Positions 48,927-61,531 of a DNA stretch of 64,000 nucleotides are shown here, in pieces. A model generated the notes under the pieces. The model was not told the DNA's origin, searched no databases, and saw nothing but the letters and a program-made list of their open reading frames with translations. How positions within the stretch are numbered: the first letter of the stretch is position 1; every line of letters starts with the position of its first letter. This stretch comes from Somniosus microcephalus (lineage: Eukaryota): NCBI GenBank assembly GCA_052327205.1, contig CM126220.1, forward strand, positions 42,718,001 to 42,782,000. Reading direction: 5' to 3'. Both the position numbers and the translations under genes were made by a program.

Positions 48927-51848
48927 GGGGTCGATTTTAGTTCAGGTGGGGGGAATTGGCAGTTTCCCCGAATTTAGTGATTCCAACACGATTGTAAATG
49001 GGTCTGTGAGATTGATACAAATTTAACACAATTGGCCAATTGATTTCCAGCGTGTGGGAAGCCTTGGCAATTGAGTATTTCCAGTCAGAAAGTCACAGAA
49101 TATGACGTCATCATTGCTGCTGCTCTTAAGGTTCACAGCAAGCCTTGCTTCCTCTGCAGGCTTCCAACCTTCAACATTAAGATGGCACAGGAGCCTGCAG
49201 GAGGAACGGCCAGCGGGAGGGCCAGATCTGCACCCAAGTTTGATGAGGCTTCACTACAGGCATTATTGGATGGTGCTAGGGCCCACAGGGAGGTCCACTT
49301 CCCTTCTTCAGGGAGGAAGAGGCCTCCCAGCCAGACCAAGGCTGTGTGGCTAGAGGTGGCAGGCCAAGTCAACTACTTGGGGCTCACACGAAGAACGTGG
49401 TTGCAGTGCAGGAAAAGATTCCATGACCTTCTTCGCACTGGAAAAGTAAGTACTGTATGATGTTTCCATCACCCTCAATCTGATCCCCATTGCCTTTCCT
49501 CACCAACACTCAGCTTTAGCAATCTCTTCCTGCACATCCCACTAGACACTCACATCCATGCACCCTTATCCATTCCCTCTCTTTCTATGCTCACATTCAC
49601 AGAACTATGCCACCATGCAGCCCTCACACTCCCTCTCACTCTGATGCTTTGAACACAACTGACAACACACAGGGAGGGCCCTTGGTATTGCAACCTCACT
49701 CCATCTTTGTCTCCTTCTAAGTATCTATGCTATGCAATCTCTGCACTCACTCCTTCATTCTCACTCAACCTCCACTTGCCTCCCTCATTGCAGGAAAAGA
49801 GAGCTCACAACAGGAGAGCGCAAGCCAGGACAGGAGGAGGGCCGCCCTCATTAGCCCAGCTCACCTCCTGGGAGGAAGGCGTCCTGGAGATTGCCGGGGC
49901 TGACCGAGATGTGGACGTTGGGGAAGGACAGGCAGGAGCATCCCCGCAAGCTGGTGACAGAATAGTTTTCCATCTCTCTCATTGGCATTGCATGAGTCGC
50001 TGATAATGATTCTGAAGCTACATCATATGGACTTATGATCATCTGCAAAATGCAATGTGCATGTAACCTTGGCATCCCATCTCTAACTTTTTCCTTGACT
50101 CCCCCACAGGACCATCGAGAGCCCCCATCCCCACGGTGCAGGAGGAAGAACCTGAGCAACCAGACTCCTCAGAGGAATCTGCAACCTCTGAGGGCGCAGC
50201 GTCATCAGAAATAAGCGCACCCAGCACCAGCGCAGACACTCACACCTCGGTGGGACCTTCGGGACATAGAGTAGAGTTGTCACCTGGTGTATCACAGCTC
50301 ACAAGTGAGCATCAGCAGATTGTGAAGACAGGGACAGCAGTGGAGAGTCCTCGTCGGAGGGCGCAGGACTCTGCCAGCTCGGCTCAGCTGCATGTCGACC
50401 CTCTGCCTCTGGGTCCATCCGTAAGATCAGAGGTGATGGAACTCCAGGCACAGATGCAGGAATCTCTGGCAGGTTTTGTCTCTAGGGTCGCTGCGAGTGT
50501 GGAGTGAATGGAGGAGTCCATAGTGAACATGAGCAGAGCCTTTGTGGAGTCATTGGCGCATGAACGCATCACCGCGGAAAGGATGGCTACAGTAGAGGAG
50601 AGGATGGCTACAGCCACGGAGGAGCTAAGTCACCAGAGTGTTGAAAACATGGTGAGTGTTCAGAATAGACTGACATCTCTGGAGGAACGATGGTCAGCTA
50701 TTGAACAGAGAAACCAGACCTTCATGGCAGGCCCTCTGAGTAGGACTGCCATTGCAGAAACGGGTCCCCATGGCCCCCCTGATGTGCAGCAAGGTGCTCT
50801 CAAGTCACTTGCAGGCACTGAGGGGGACCTGACCCATTAAGGGAGGTTGGTGGCAGATCGCAAGGAAGTGAGGGCTCCTCTCCAAGCGCTCACACTTCCA
50901 TGCCACTGCAGAGCCCTCGGTCAGAGCCCCGCCGGAGTCCACACCCAACGGAGATAGAGGTCTCAACCGCTGCACAGCCGCAGGAGCAGCAGACTGCTGG
51001 CGAGTCCTCACAGGCTTGCCATCCCAGAGGTCGCCCGCCAAAGGTGTCGAGACAGGAGCAGCAGGAAAGTGAGCAAGGGGCCTCCACATCTGCTGAAGCC
51101 ACAGGGAAACCACTACGTAGGAGCACGCGTAAGAGGAAAATAAAGCACCAATAGTCACAAGGGTAGTCACTTGGGTGAAATGTTGTGTTTGTTTTAAAAA
51201 TGCCATCAGTTGGTTATTGTAAATAAAAGTTCTGATGGCAACTTCTGCAGTTGTGGCGTGTGTCATTTCGCGAATGGGGCTGGAGGTCCTCTAATGCCAA
51301 GAGGGGATGGGAAAAAAAGGCCTCCCATGCTTCTGGTAGGTGCCTCAGTTGAGGAAGCGCTGAGTGAGGGTGGCGAGAGGGGTCTCGCAGGAGGTCACAC
51401 TGGAGATGGGTGTCAGGCTCCAAACTTCCACAGCTGTGGTTATGCCTTCTAAAAGTTCCCCCAGACCTGAGACAACAAAGTCCTGCCACCTACAAATGAT
51501 GACTGATCAAATATCCTCTTTAATGTTGGACCTGCAGCTGATAGTCAGCAAGCCAATAGTGTTCACGCCAGGTTTCACAGGCGTCATCCCCACCAGGCAC
51601 GTTTTACGTGGGAAAAGGGTTAAACAGGCAAGGGCCTGTTAAAATGGGATTATAAAGGCCAATCAGTGCTGTTTAAGGGCCCTAAAGACCCTGTTGCAGG
51701 CGGGACTGATTCAGGTCAATCAGACACACCTAGGTTAAAATGGCGTGGAGGTGGGAACCAGGCGGGGGGGTCGCGACCCCTAGGTTTTGCGATTTTAACC
51801 CCCCGCACGCCTAAAAGCTCGCCTCACGGCCCAATGAAAATCGAGCCC
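48927..51848 (+). mobile_element. Non-autonomous PIF/Harbinger element carrying a Myb/SANT gene but no intact transposase
   Basis: TIRs GGG(G/C)TCGATTTT; exact TSD ATA (48924-48926, 51849-51851); spliced Myb-like gene inside. Confidence 0.88.
49182..51154 (+). pseudogene. Three-exon Myb/SANT-like DNA-binding protein gene (exons 49182-49445, 49794-49953, 50110-51154)
   Basis: APKFDEASLQALL...W.EVA..VN....RTWLQCRKRFHDL, then EKRAHNRR...TGGGPP, a coiled-coil-like middle and C-terminal RRSTRKRK; GT-AG introns with matching phases (0, then 1); in-frame TGA at 50505-50507 and a frameshift before about 50830; AATAAA near 51222. Confidence 0.85.
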
Positions 51849-52772
51849 ATAATGTTTGACTAAAAACTAAACTGAGACATTAAAAGGGTTAAATGGCCAG
51901 ATTAGTCTTTACTTTGGCGAAAAAAATCAAGCTGGCACAGACACAACCAGCATGAAACATCTACAGAGCCAAAGCCTATATTAAATGTGGACAGAGGAGA
52001 TGATAATAGGAAACAGTTGACACAGCTAGTGCGGACAGGAGGTGCGCACAGACACAACATAATTAATATATTATGGATAAATTATGGAGTTTGTGAGATC
52101 AGCTTAATCGATCTTTATTTTTGCGGGTGGCAGCTGGCAATTGGTGCACAATAATAATACTTGTATTTATATAGCACCGTATCACATCAAAGTGTCTCAA
52201 GTGCTTTGCACAAAATGAATTACTTTTGAAGTGCAAAAAAACACTTTTATATATAGCCATTTAGCCCAACACCACAGGTAATGGAGCATCACAGAATAGC
52301 AATTTAGTGAGAGCCTGCAGCACTCACACGCCACCCTTTCCACAAGTACTGCACAGTGAAAATTGCAATCAAGAGTGCTACAGAGCTTGACGTGCATTAC
52401 ACATTCCAAGGTTAACGTATCGCACGTGTGATGCATTGCTAGCCCTCGTATTGAATTGCTGTTGCTGCAGAGGCTGTAGTCTTCTGCTAAAGGTGTGCTA
52501 CTGCATATTTTAGCAGAGTTTTTGTGCACACTGTGCTGACTGCTTTCAGTGCTGGACCAGCCCTGGATTCAGCAGAACAAGACCAGCCAGGGTAGGGAAA
52601 GGGTTGCCTGTGAAATCAGGTGGTGTGCACGGCATATTCTTAGGGCCTGCCGCTGTGCAAGGTAGCAGGTCCACCGTGCAGCTAACTGGGAATTGCAGTA
52701 AAAATGTGCCGAAGGAGGCTCAGATTTAGCATGGAAGCTGCGACAGCTGAGCCACCTCCTTCAGATCACATA

Positions 52773-52990
52773 AAGAAGAACAACTTGCATTTATATAGCG
52801 CCTTTCACACCCTCAGGACATCCCTTGGCACTTTACAGCCAATGAAGTACTTTTGAAGTGTAGTCATTGTTGTAATGTAGGAAACACGGCAGCCATTTTG
52901 CGCACAGCAAGCTCCCACAAACAGCAGTGTGATAATGACCAGATAATCTGTTTTAGTGATGTTGGTTGAGGGATAAATATTGGCCCGGAC
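52773..52990 (-). mobile_element. Deu-domain SINE 3' fragment
   Basis: Matches 581-800. Confidence 0.8.
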
Positions 52991-53215
52991 ATATTAGGCT
53001 GTTTGCTGTCCAAAGTTTTATCAAGGAGTTTACAAATGCTTTAGTCAGTAGGGCCAATGACCTCATCACTTTTGCCACTGGCCAACAGCAGCAACATGAG
53101 CGAGCAACATAATTCTATAGATCTGATGGCGTTCTCATAGTCCAGGGGGTCATTAACTGTACCTATGTTGCTATGCAGGCCATGGTGCTGAACCCTATAT
53201 AAACAAAGGGATTTT

Positions 53216-53959
53216 TGGCAAAATTCGCTTCCTTTGCGCCCGCCGTTAGCGTCTCCAGGGGGCGCTAGCGGGGCGCAAAGGGCTTATCGCCCAGGTGAGG
53301 CTGCTAATAGTGCCTGATGAGAAATTCGGCGGGTCGCTACTGAGGTGCTAGCCGATAGCGCCGTGCCCCCGCCGGTAGCGTCCTGGCCGCTGCGCTGCTG
53401 GCGATGACATCATCGCCGAGCGGAGCGACCCCTTAGCACCCCGCGGCAGAAATTCAGCTGCACCCCGTGAGGCTGCCGCGGATGATGTCAGCGGCAGCCT
53501 CACGGGCCGCACACCGCTGGTGGGGCGGTAATTAAAGGGGCAGTCCGGCTGCGCCCTGTGCCACCATTTTATTATTTTGGCTGACCTCTAGGTTGGCCCC
53601 TCTTGGCGGCCCTTGGCGTGGTCCGTGGCTGCCATCGTGCCGTCCGGCACCGAGCTGCAGCCATGGCATCATGCCGCCCTGGTGGGCTACTGGAGGCCAT
53701 CAAACGACCTACAGAGCGCCACGACCCTCCCCTTTAGGGGAGGGGTACTGAAACGGCCGCATAACACTCCGCGCTACCGCGTTTTGCGCCCCAGACACCG
53801 CCCCGAGAGGAAGTGGTGCGCCTTAGATAGTGCTCCACTTCCTCACCGGGGCGGTAAGCCCAATTTAGCCACCGGGACGGTACTCCCGCGCCAGATGCTA
53901 AATGTCTGGCGCTAACTTGTTTACCGCCCCCAAACGGGGTGTAACCGAATTTTGCCCCC
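53216..53959. mobile_element. GC/CpG-rich Harbinger-type MITE inserted in the transposase fossil
   Basis: GGCAAAATTCG on the left and CGAATTTTGCCCCC on the right; same block structure as 35328-36086. Confidence 0.75.
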
Positions 53960-56770
53960 TGATATCCCCATCGTCCAGCTGTAGCTCACCACCAGCACAG
54001 AATCATGCAAGTTAATATTTGGTTCCCCAGCAGCTTTCATGATGTTTATATCTTAAGGTAATTGTCTGCACTTTCCTTGCTCGAAGGAGAAGGATGGCCC
54101 CTAGTAGACCAAGACTATCATATACAGTCATGCCAATCATTGACAGAAGCAGAGCAAAGATACAACAAACCTCATGCTACCACCAGAATTACAGTCAAAC
54201 ATATTAGGATCTTAAAGTAATGCTTTGGATATTTCAACCAATTGTGGGCACCTCACAGCACAGGGTTCACAGGTTTCACATATAATTGTTTCATGCTGCT
54301 CGCTTCATAACTTCACTCTGCAAAGAAGCCATGTCCAGGTTAACCTGCCTGCTGGCAGAGTAAGAGGCAAGAATGGCACTGAGGAATTCTCTTCAGCAAT
54401 GCAACAAGGAAAGATGGTGTGCCAAGCACCAACTAACGATGCGATGCCCCCTAATGAGCATCACAGTTATACCATTTCTCAAAACTGCCAACCACCAAAC
54501 TAATCAGGGTAACCCACCTTCTCCGACACCAATCAGGCTCAGTTTTTCCAATCAATCTATTGACACCTTAATAGATGGTCTGTTTTATTTTAAGCTAAAT
54601 AGGCAGCAGAATGTGCAAATCAATTTTGGTGCATTTATGCATTCCTGGTACTGCAAGGACTAAGTGTACTTGCCTTCACTGGCAGCCTGCTGGGATTCTG
54701 GTGGCTAGACTTCCCTGGGCCGAGGAAGCCCTGCATGTGGGTCACCCACAGCAACTACACTGCTGACATCGTGCTTTCAGTCACCAGCTCCCACACTTGC
54801 TACATATCTGCCTCTGGAGGGGGCATAACCATCGTCCCTTAAAATGTAATCCTCCGCTCTTTGCAGTGGGGCTTCCAGCACCTGGGCTGTGAACCTGCCT
54901 TTCATAGCAACCCATTCTTTCTGCTCAGTTGACATCTGCCCCTGCCTCGTCAGTACAATTACATCTGTTCAAATGTCTCCTAATCGCATCAGGATTGTTG
55001 CTTCTTCCACTCTAGTGGCTGACCCTGTGTGTGTGCATTTTAGTGCATGTTTTAATCCATGTACTGAAAACAGGAAAATCATCCGTTAAACAGCTTACAG
55101 TACTTTGTAACCATCAAGTGAGCCTCAATAACATGCCAGCAGATTTTTTTAGGCTTGAAAGGATTATTGCTGTAAATTTATCAAGTCATAATAAACCATC
55201 AGCAGAAAATAACAATCGGTATTTTGTGTAACATTTTATTCTCATCACTGTGAAGTATCAGTGGAACTGTCTGAAAATGCCCAACAACACAACTGACATT
55301 CAGTGAGGATATTTTCATTCTCACTTTGATTTCATCTGCATTGACTAATTTACCATCTTTCTGGACAGCCCCGACTCCTATACAACATCTTCTGCGGAGC
55401 AGATCAACTCTGGATGCAATGTGAATTTTCAAAATGATTAAGTGATTGAAAACTTCAGGGCGTTAAAAACACTTTTCTTTCCTGATCTAATTTTTCTCCC
55501 CTTCCTGCTCCTTTCCGCAACAACGAATAGAACGGGTCTAGTTTCATGAGTGGCATTAGTTTTCTGGTACTTCGTTCAAGTGCCATGCCTCATGTGTCGG
55601 CCTGGACTGTGCGAATACTCGGTTGATATTTGACGACACAAATTGAAGACGCAAATTGAACCTTATGCTGTCCTCGTTCAGTAGCCAAACACACCCATTT
55701 CCCTCAAGGGTTATTGGATACTATCAAAAACGTAAACCTGAGCCACCTTTTCCCCTTTTTATGCTGTAGACCATGACGTTAGTTGTGCACTCCATACTGT
55801 TGCCCCAGCAGAGACCAGGCACTGAACCTTGCCCCTTCCTATCAGTGCCATTCCACAAAATGCTTTTATCCACTGAGCTAGGGGGCAGGAGATGTCCATT
55901 TAACCTTTAATCCAGTATTATGGTTAGTCATAGAGGTCAATCTGTTGAATTCAGTTTGCCATGGAGACAGTTAATACTCCGATAAACTGTCTGCCCTTAT
56001 TAAGTTTTCTCTCAAGGTACTGCTACTCTGAGCTTTGCTTGATAATTATTAGTCATGAATTAATTATAGAGTTCCTGCGACTTGCATAAAATTTCAGATG
56101 CATAACCTGTCTTGTTGCTACTAATAATCTCAATCTCAGTGCAATAAAGAACAGCTACCATTAAAGCAAACAGTTTTAATTAATGGAAAGTTTATGTCTT
56201 ATTTTAAACAGAACAGGGGTCCCTTTGCTCACAACAGTAAATATACACAGTGACCAACTAAAAAAAGATCCCAGGGAAATTTCAGATCCCTCATTATATT
56301 GATATGCTTAGCACAGACCAAAGCGCCCACTGAAATTTACTGAGAGACAGAAAGAGGACTGAAAACTGACAGCCTTTTGTCATTTACCATGAATCACTGT
56401 CAAGAGGTACATTAATGACTGCACATGCGACATCAATCCTGGCAGTCATGGCACTCAGTGCTACTTAATCTGTGAAATCTGATACGCAGTTGACAGAAAA
56501 GATGCCGAGAAATTGAAACGCCCAAATAAGCAAGTGTACAAGTAAAGCTCATTCGATTGAAAACTATCACCAATTCCTGTAATCTTAGCATGGGTGAAAT
56601 GTTTTTTTCCTCTAAATATCATTCTGGAAAATCGCAGACTGGGACCTTTTTTTGAATAGTAACTCATAGGCAAAAAGCAGATGGAGAAAGCAGAAATTAA
56701 ATGATTAGCGGTCATGTTAATTTTTTTTTAAAAAGCTTCTTACAGCAAGGGCTGTGCTATACTGAGTCTT

Positions 56771-56851
56771 GACAAAGAGTTTGACTCGAAACGTTGACTC
56801 TATTTTCTCTCCACGGATGTTGCCTGGCCTGCTGAGTTTTTCCAGCATCTT
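56771..56851 (+). mobile_element. 81-bp Penelope-like pseudo-LTR fragment between 19-bp direct repeats
   Basis: CTGTGCTATACTGAGTCTT at 56752-56770 and 56852-56870; the insert matches the pseudo-LTR at 22930-23000 and 58260-58350. Confidence 0.7.
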
Positions 56852-57199
56852 CTGTGCTATACTGAGTCTTTTATTCAGTGTCTCTATTAAACAAAGGATC
56901 AGAAACAATACCAGAAGTTATTGTATGTACAATTGTATAACAGTAAGTGCGTACTCGATTTCTAGCCAGTAAAATGCTTTGAGGAAGTCTGAGAAACAAT
57001 GAGAAATCTAATTTTATTGGGCCTGTTGCTCTCAGAACTCGTGCAATGGTTATAGTATCAACAAAAAAACTACAATTGAAGTTATCCCACCAGAAAGAAA
57101 CAATGGCTTCAAAATGAAGAACCCATTCAGATTGTTGCACTGGTTCCAAAGGCTCAGTCAGAATTCTCCCAAATGCCTTTGCAGAGCTCGGTAAACGGC

Positions 57200-58360
57200 T
57201 TCTTCGGCACTTTACAGCCTTCCGGACTCAACACTGAGATCAACAATTTCAGATCGGAACCTCCGCCCCCGTTTTTTCGGACGGCAGTTGTTGCTGATTC
57301 TGCTATTCCCATTTACACCTTTTATATGTTGATTTCAGTGATTGACAGCTGGTGCCTTCACACCAACAACAGAGGAAGCAAGCGCCCCTTTTAAAGGGCC
57401 ACCACCAATAAATTAAACCGAATTTACATGAAACGTAACAAATCAAATCAGAATTTTGTTTCCAGGAGGGGTGGTGATGCACTCCAGTCTCTGCGGTGCC
57501 CACCGGTCAAGGAAGGCCTCGAGTGTGCCGGCGGACACCGCGTGTTCCATCTCCAGGGCCACCCGGGTGCGAACATAGCCACAGAAGAGAGGCAGGCAGC
57601 CGGGCCGAACGACCCCCTCGACCGCCCGCTGCCTGGACCAGGTAATGGCCACCTTGGCCAGGCCCAGGAGCAGTCCAACGAGGAGCTCCTCCGATCTGCC
57701 CGCTCCCCTCCACACCGGGTGACCGAAGATCAGGAGCGTGGGACTGAAGTGCAACCAGAAGTCGAGGAGCAGTCCCTTCAAAAATTGGAAGAGGGTCTGC
57801 AACCTCTCACACTTCAAATTTTGATGCAGGGGACTGCTCCATGCAGCACCCTCCACGGCACGTCTCCAAATAGAAAAGGGGAGGACTCCCGTGTTGAGAG
57901 CCCTCCACTGGGGACCCCTGCCTCCTCCGGATGGCATGTCCGGACGGAAGACGAGGAAGACAAAGTGGAGTAGGTGCAAGAACAGCCCGTACAGGAAACC
58001 CCTCCGTGCAGAGGGGGAAAGGCACGGAAGGAATCTCCGAGAGATGGCTCACGCTAGGAGATGCCGGCTTGCTATTCTCATTTCTAGCTCCTCTAGCCCC
58101 TTCCTTAGTTTCTTTTCTTGTCCCATTACCATCTCCTTTTGCCTCGCACCATCGTCCCTTTCATCATTTAATCTCTCCTGCCTTCCACCCTATCACAGAC
58201 CTTCTCTTTTATTCTTTCCTCCCCTCCCCAGTTTCCCAGCCTCTGTACTTGCTGTCAATTCTGATGAAAGGCCATCAACCTGAAAAGTTAACTCTGTTTC
58301 TCCCTCTTCAGATGCTGCCTGACCTGCTGAGTATTTCCAGCAATGTTTGTTTTTATTTTA
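57200..58360 (+). mobile_element. Penelope-like 3' fragment with a Tx1-like piece in between
   Basis: GTLQPSGLNTEINNFRS at 57205-57260; pyrimidine-rich UTR and pseudo-LTR with CTGATGA...GAAA at about 58060-58360. Confidence 0.6.
57400..58050 (-). mobile_element. L1/Tx1-like LINE ORF2 C-terminal fragment
   Basis: ORF 57443-57979: CERLQTLF..LK.LLL.FWLHFSPTLLIFG...LLLGLAKVAI..SR...F..RW resembles the region after the zinc finger of Tx1-type ORF2. Confidence 0.65.
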
Positions 58361-58572
58361 GCTTCTTAGATTTGTCTGGAATAGAAAAAGACACTGAATT
58401 AGTCCCAATGTTGCAAAATGTTAGTACTAGCACTGGACACAAACCCAAAGAACAGTCGCTTGGGTCATGCCGCCCCTGCCAGACCACCCAGAAAAAATAC
58501 CAAACAGGAAACTTCAACCTACAGTGTCGACGCCACTAAAGTTACTTCTTTTACCTCAAAACCAAATGCTTT

Positions 58573-58758
58573 GGCCTAGAAATTTGTCTCGGGCTGTGAC
58601 ACAAAGCGGGCAGTATCGGATCAGCCGCCCGTTATACGCAGCGTGTGATATTCAGTTCCACTGAACGCAATAGAACTGACTATCAGGCACTGCGTATAAC
58701 GCGCGGCCAATCCGATACTGCCCGCTTTGTGCCACCGCCCGAGACAAATTTCTAGCCT
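58573..58758. mobile_element. Fold-back (palindromic) MITE
   Basis: CTAGAAATTTGTCTCGGGC..CACAAAGCGGGCAGTATCGGAT..CGTTATACGCAG pairs with CTGCGTATAACG..ATCCGATACTGCCCGCTTTGTG..GCCCGAGACAAATTTCTAG. Confidence 0.85.
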
Positions 58759-58829
58759 TCATATCAGAACAACCCAACTGCCTACAAAATACCAGGCTAC
58801 CAACAACATTAGAGATCTTTCTTACATTC

Positions 58830-61135
58830 TACAAGAACACAAGAAAATACATCGGATATACGGCACAGAAACAGGCCATTCGGCCTAACCAGCCCATGCC
58901 GGTGTTGATGCTCCACTCGAGCCTCCTCCTGTCTTTCCTCATCTAAATCTATCAGCATAACCCTCTATTCCCTTCTCCCTCATATGCTTATCTAGCCTCC
59001 CCTTAAATGCATCTATACTATTCGCTTCAACCACTCCCTGTGGTAGCGAGATCCACATTCTCACCACTCTCTGGGTAAAGAAGTTTCTTCTAAATTCCCT
59101 ATTTGATATCTTGGCAACTACCTTATATTGTTGACCTCTAGTTATGCTCTTCCCCACATGTGGAAACTACTCTATCAAAATCTTTCATAATTTTAAAGAC
59201 CTCTATTAGCTCACCACTCGGCCTTTTTTCAAAGAGGAGAGACCCAGCCTGTTCATCCTTTCCTGATATGTATACCCTCGCATTTCTGGTATCATCCTTG
59301 TAAATCTTCTCTGCACCCTCTCCAGTGCCTCTTTATCCTTTTTATAATATGATGAAAAGAATTGTACGCAGTACTTTAAGTGTGGTCTAATCAAGGTTTG
59401 ATACAGGTTTAGCATAACCTCCCTACTTTTCAATTCTATCGCTCTAGAAATAAACCCTAGTGCTTGGTTTGCTTTTTTTATGGCCTTGCTAACCTGTGTC
59501 ACTACTTTTAGTGATTTGTGTATTTGTACTCCTAGATTCCTTTGTTCCTCTGCCCCACCTAGACTTGCACCCTCCAAGTAATGTGACCTCCCTATTTATC
59601 CTACCAAAATGTAATACCTCACATTTATCTGTGTTGAAATTAATTTGCCAATGATATGCCTATTCTGCAAGTTCATTAATGTCCTCCTGTAATTTGTTGC
59701 AGTCCTCCTCAGTATTGACTATCCCCCCAATTTTTGTGAGAAAACAGTGGCCGCAATTTTGCTGACCTCGGCGGGATCCCAAAACATTAGTACAAAGTCA
59801 CACTCAACCTCATCCTGCTGTGCCTCTCATCATATCCCTATCACGCTGCCTTCCCTACCCTACCCCTGCACATCCTTACTCACACCAACTTACCTTGCAC
59901 CTTCACCCATCCCTCTCTATCTACATTATCACATCCCCATCTCACTAGCCACCCCTCACACTCACCCTCATCCTAGTCCAATCATACCAACTAACACACA
60001 AGGGTAGGCAATTAGGTGTTTTATGTAATGTTCATGTAAAGTTTCTGTTAATGTGGTGTCAAACATTGAAACCTTTATTTTCAACACTATGCATTCTTGG
60101 ACAGATTTGTGTGCACCTTTGGAAGTGACTTCGTGAGTTGCAGTGAATGGTGAGACATAACGGTACCCCCCGCAATGGTGATGAGTGTGAAAGAAATGAC
60201 TTGGGCATTGTAGGGATGCTTTATGGTGTTGGTGTGGGGTGGTGCCAACCTGGTGCATCATATGGCAGCCAGGGTGTACCGCATCAAGTGACGTATATCT
60301 GGCCACAGTAAGGCCATCCCTGGCCTCCTGGGCAGCAATGTGGTCAGGTGCTGATGCCCTGTGTCCTGTGCAGCATCAATTGATTGTGGAGTAGGTTGGT
60401 GGTGTTGTTGTTGGTGTTGCTGGTGTGCCTGTTGCTGCTGGTGTTGGGGCTGATTGTGGTGGGATTCTGAGGACCAAGGTGAGAGAGTATAAAGGGCACC
60501 CATGCTGATGGAATAGATGGCAGGTGAAGTAGAGATGACAGAAGCAATCTGTCAATGGTGAGAGAGGTAATGAGGTCAGACTGGATGGAGACTTGTATAA
60601 AGACTTGCAGCATGGTGAATCTGTTGTGGAAATGCAGTGAGGAAGAGTTTGTGGCTGATGGAAGATATCTCTCAGGTGGGAGCTTTTACTTGAGATTTGA
60701 AGCTGTCAAATCAACAGCTGATTCAATGGCCACTGAACTCCCACCTCAGCTTGACAGACTTGGTCCATGACCAGCATGGACCCCGTGGGCGAGCTATCAA
60801 ATGCAAAAGGTGAGCTGAAATTCATTCTTAAGTGGCTCTAAACAAGCCACTAATGACCTGAATTGGGTCCCCCACCACTGCGTGTCGTGTCTGTTCAGCG
60901 CTGACAGAGCTGACATTGGAAAAGGTGCATGGCAGGTTCACAGTGGGGTTCACGACCCGCTGGTGTAAAAAAAACTTTCCCACCCGACCCGCCACTGATC
61001 GCGCCCGCTGACCCCTGCAAAATCCAGCCCAGTGTTTTTGATTCCAAAGTCTCAATCGTTAATATAAATTGTAAACAACATTGATCCCAGCACTGATCCT
61101 TGTGGAACACCACTTCCCACCTTCTGCCACATTTT
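58830..61135 (-). mobile_element. CR1 LINE fragment split by the Harbinger element at 59749-61030
   Basis: SGVPQGSVLGSMLFTIYIND at 61052-61130 continues after the insertion as LGVQIH...KANQALGFI...RPHLKYCVQF and RNFFTQRVV, then a CR1 tail. Confidence 0.88.
59749..61030 (-). mobile_element. Internally deleted PIF/Harbinger element
   Basis: Imperfect TIRs GGCCGCAATTTTGC / GCAAAATCCAGCCC; exact TSD AGT (59746-59748, 61031-61033); minus-strand Gln-rich N-terminal-like peptide from ATG 60503 joined to AAQEARDGLTVARY, which resembles a transposase C-terminus. Confidence 0.75.
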
Positions 61136-61531
61136 CTGGGGGTATGCAATATTTATTGTAAAGACTAATTGAAGCAGCCAGCCTATACAATGCATAGTCA
61201 CCCTCTGCTTGAAAGTGTATGTGTAGGCTATGGTCTTCTTCCCATCAGATCCAAACCGTGAATCAGCCACAATTTTGTCAGAGAACTGCCTTGTTAGACT
61301 ATGAAAACTTGTAGCACCGACTTGAAGGAATCAGACCCCTAAAAAGTAAGTGGATCCATCAAAAGTATTATCAGAACCGCCCGAGAGGATTGGCAAAAGA
61401 TGGTGTTCATTCGCAAGCAGATAATGTTTACTGGGTCAGTACACTGCCAAATACTTGTAGTGTCTAGTGCATCCTCTGATCTCAAGGCAAATAGATCATG
61501 TTTTGGCACAGTCCAATAGTGCATCAATAAA

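Larger units (their letters stand above)
52700..54350 (+). pseudogene. Fossil PIF/Harbinger (HARBI1-like) DDE transposase interrupted by a SINE and a MITE
   Basis: Fragments in the expected order: CRRRLRFSMEA (about 52706), VQGVINCTYVAM (about 53140, cf. GAIDCTH), HRIMQVN..FPSSFHDVYILR (about 53995), GWPLVDQDY (cf. GDKGY), TEAEQRYNKPHATTR, VSHIIVSCCSLHNF. Confidence 0.8.

Noticed and set aside
61249-61345. Plus-strand exon with good splice signals (CTTCTTCCCATCAG ... GTAAGT)
   Set aside because: Stop codons in all three frames; a non-coding exon cannot be supported without RNA data.
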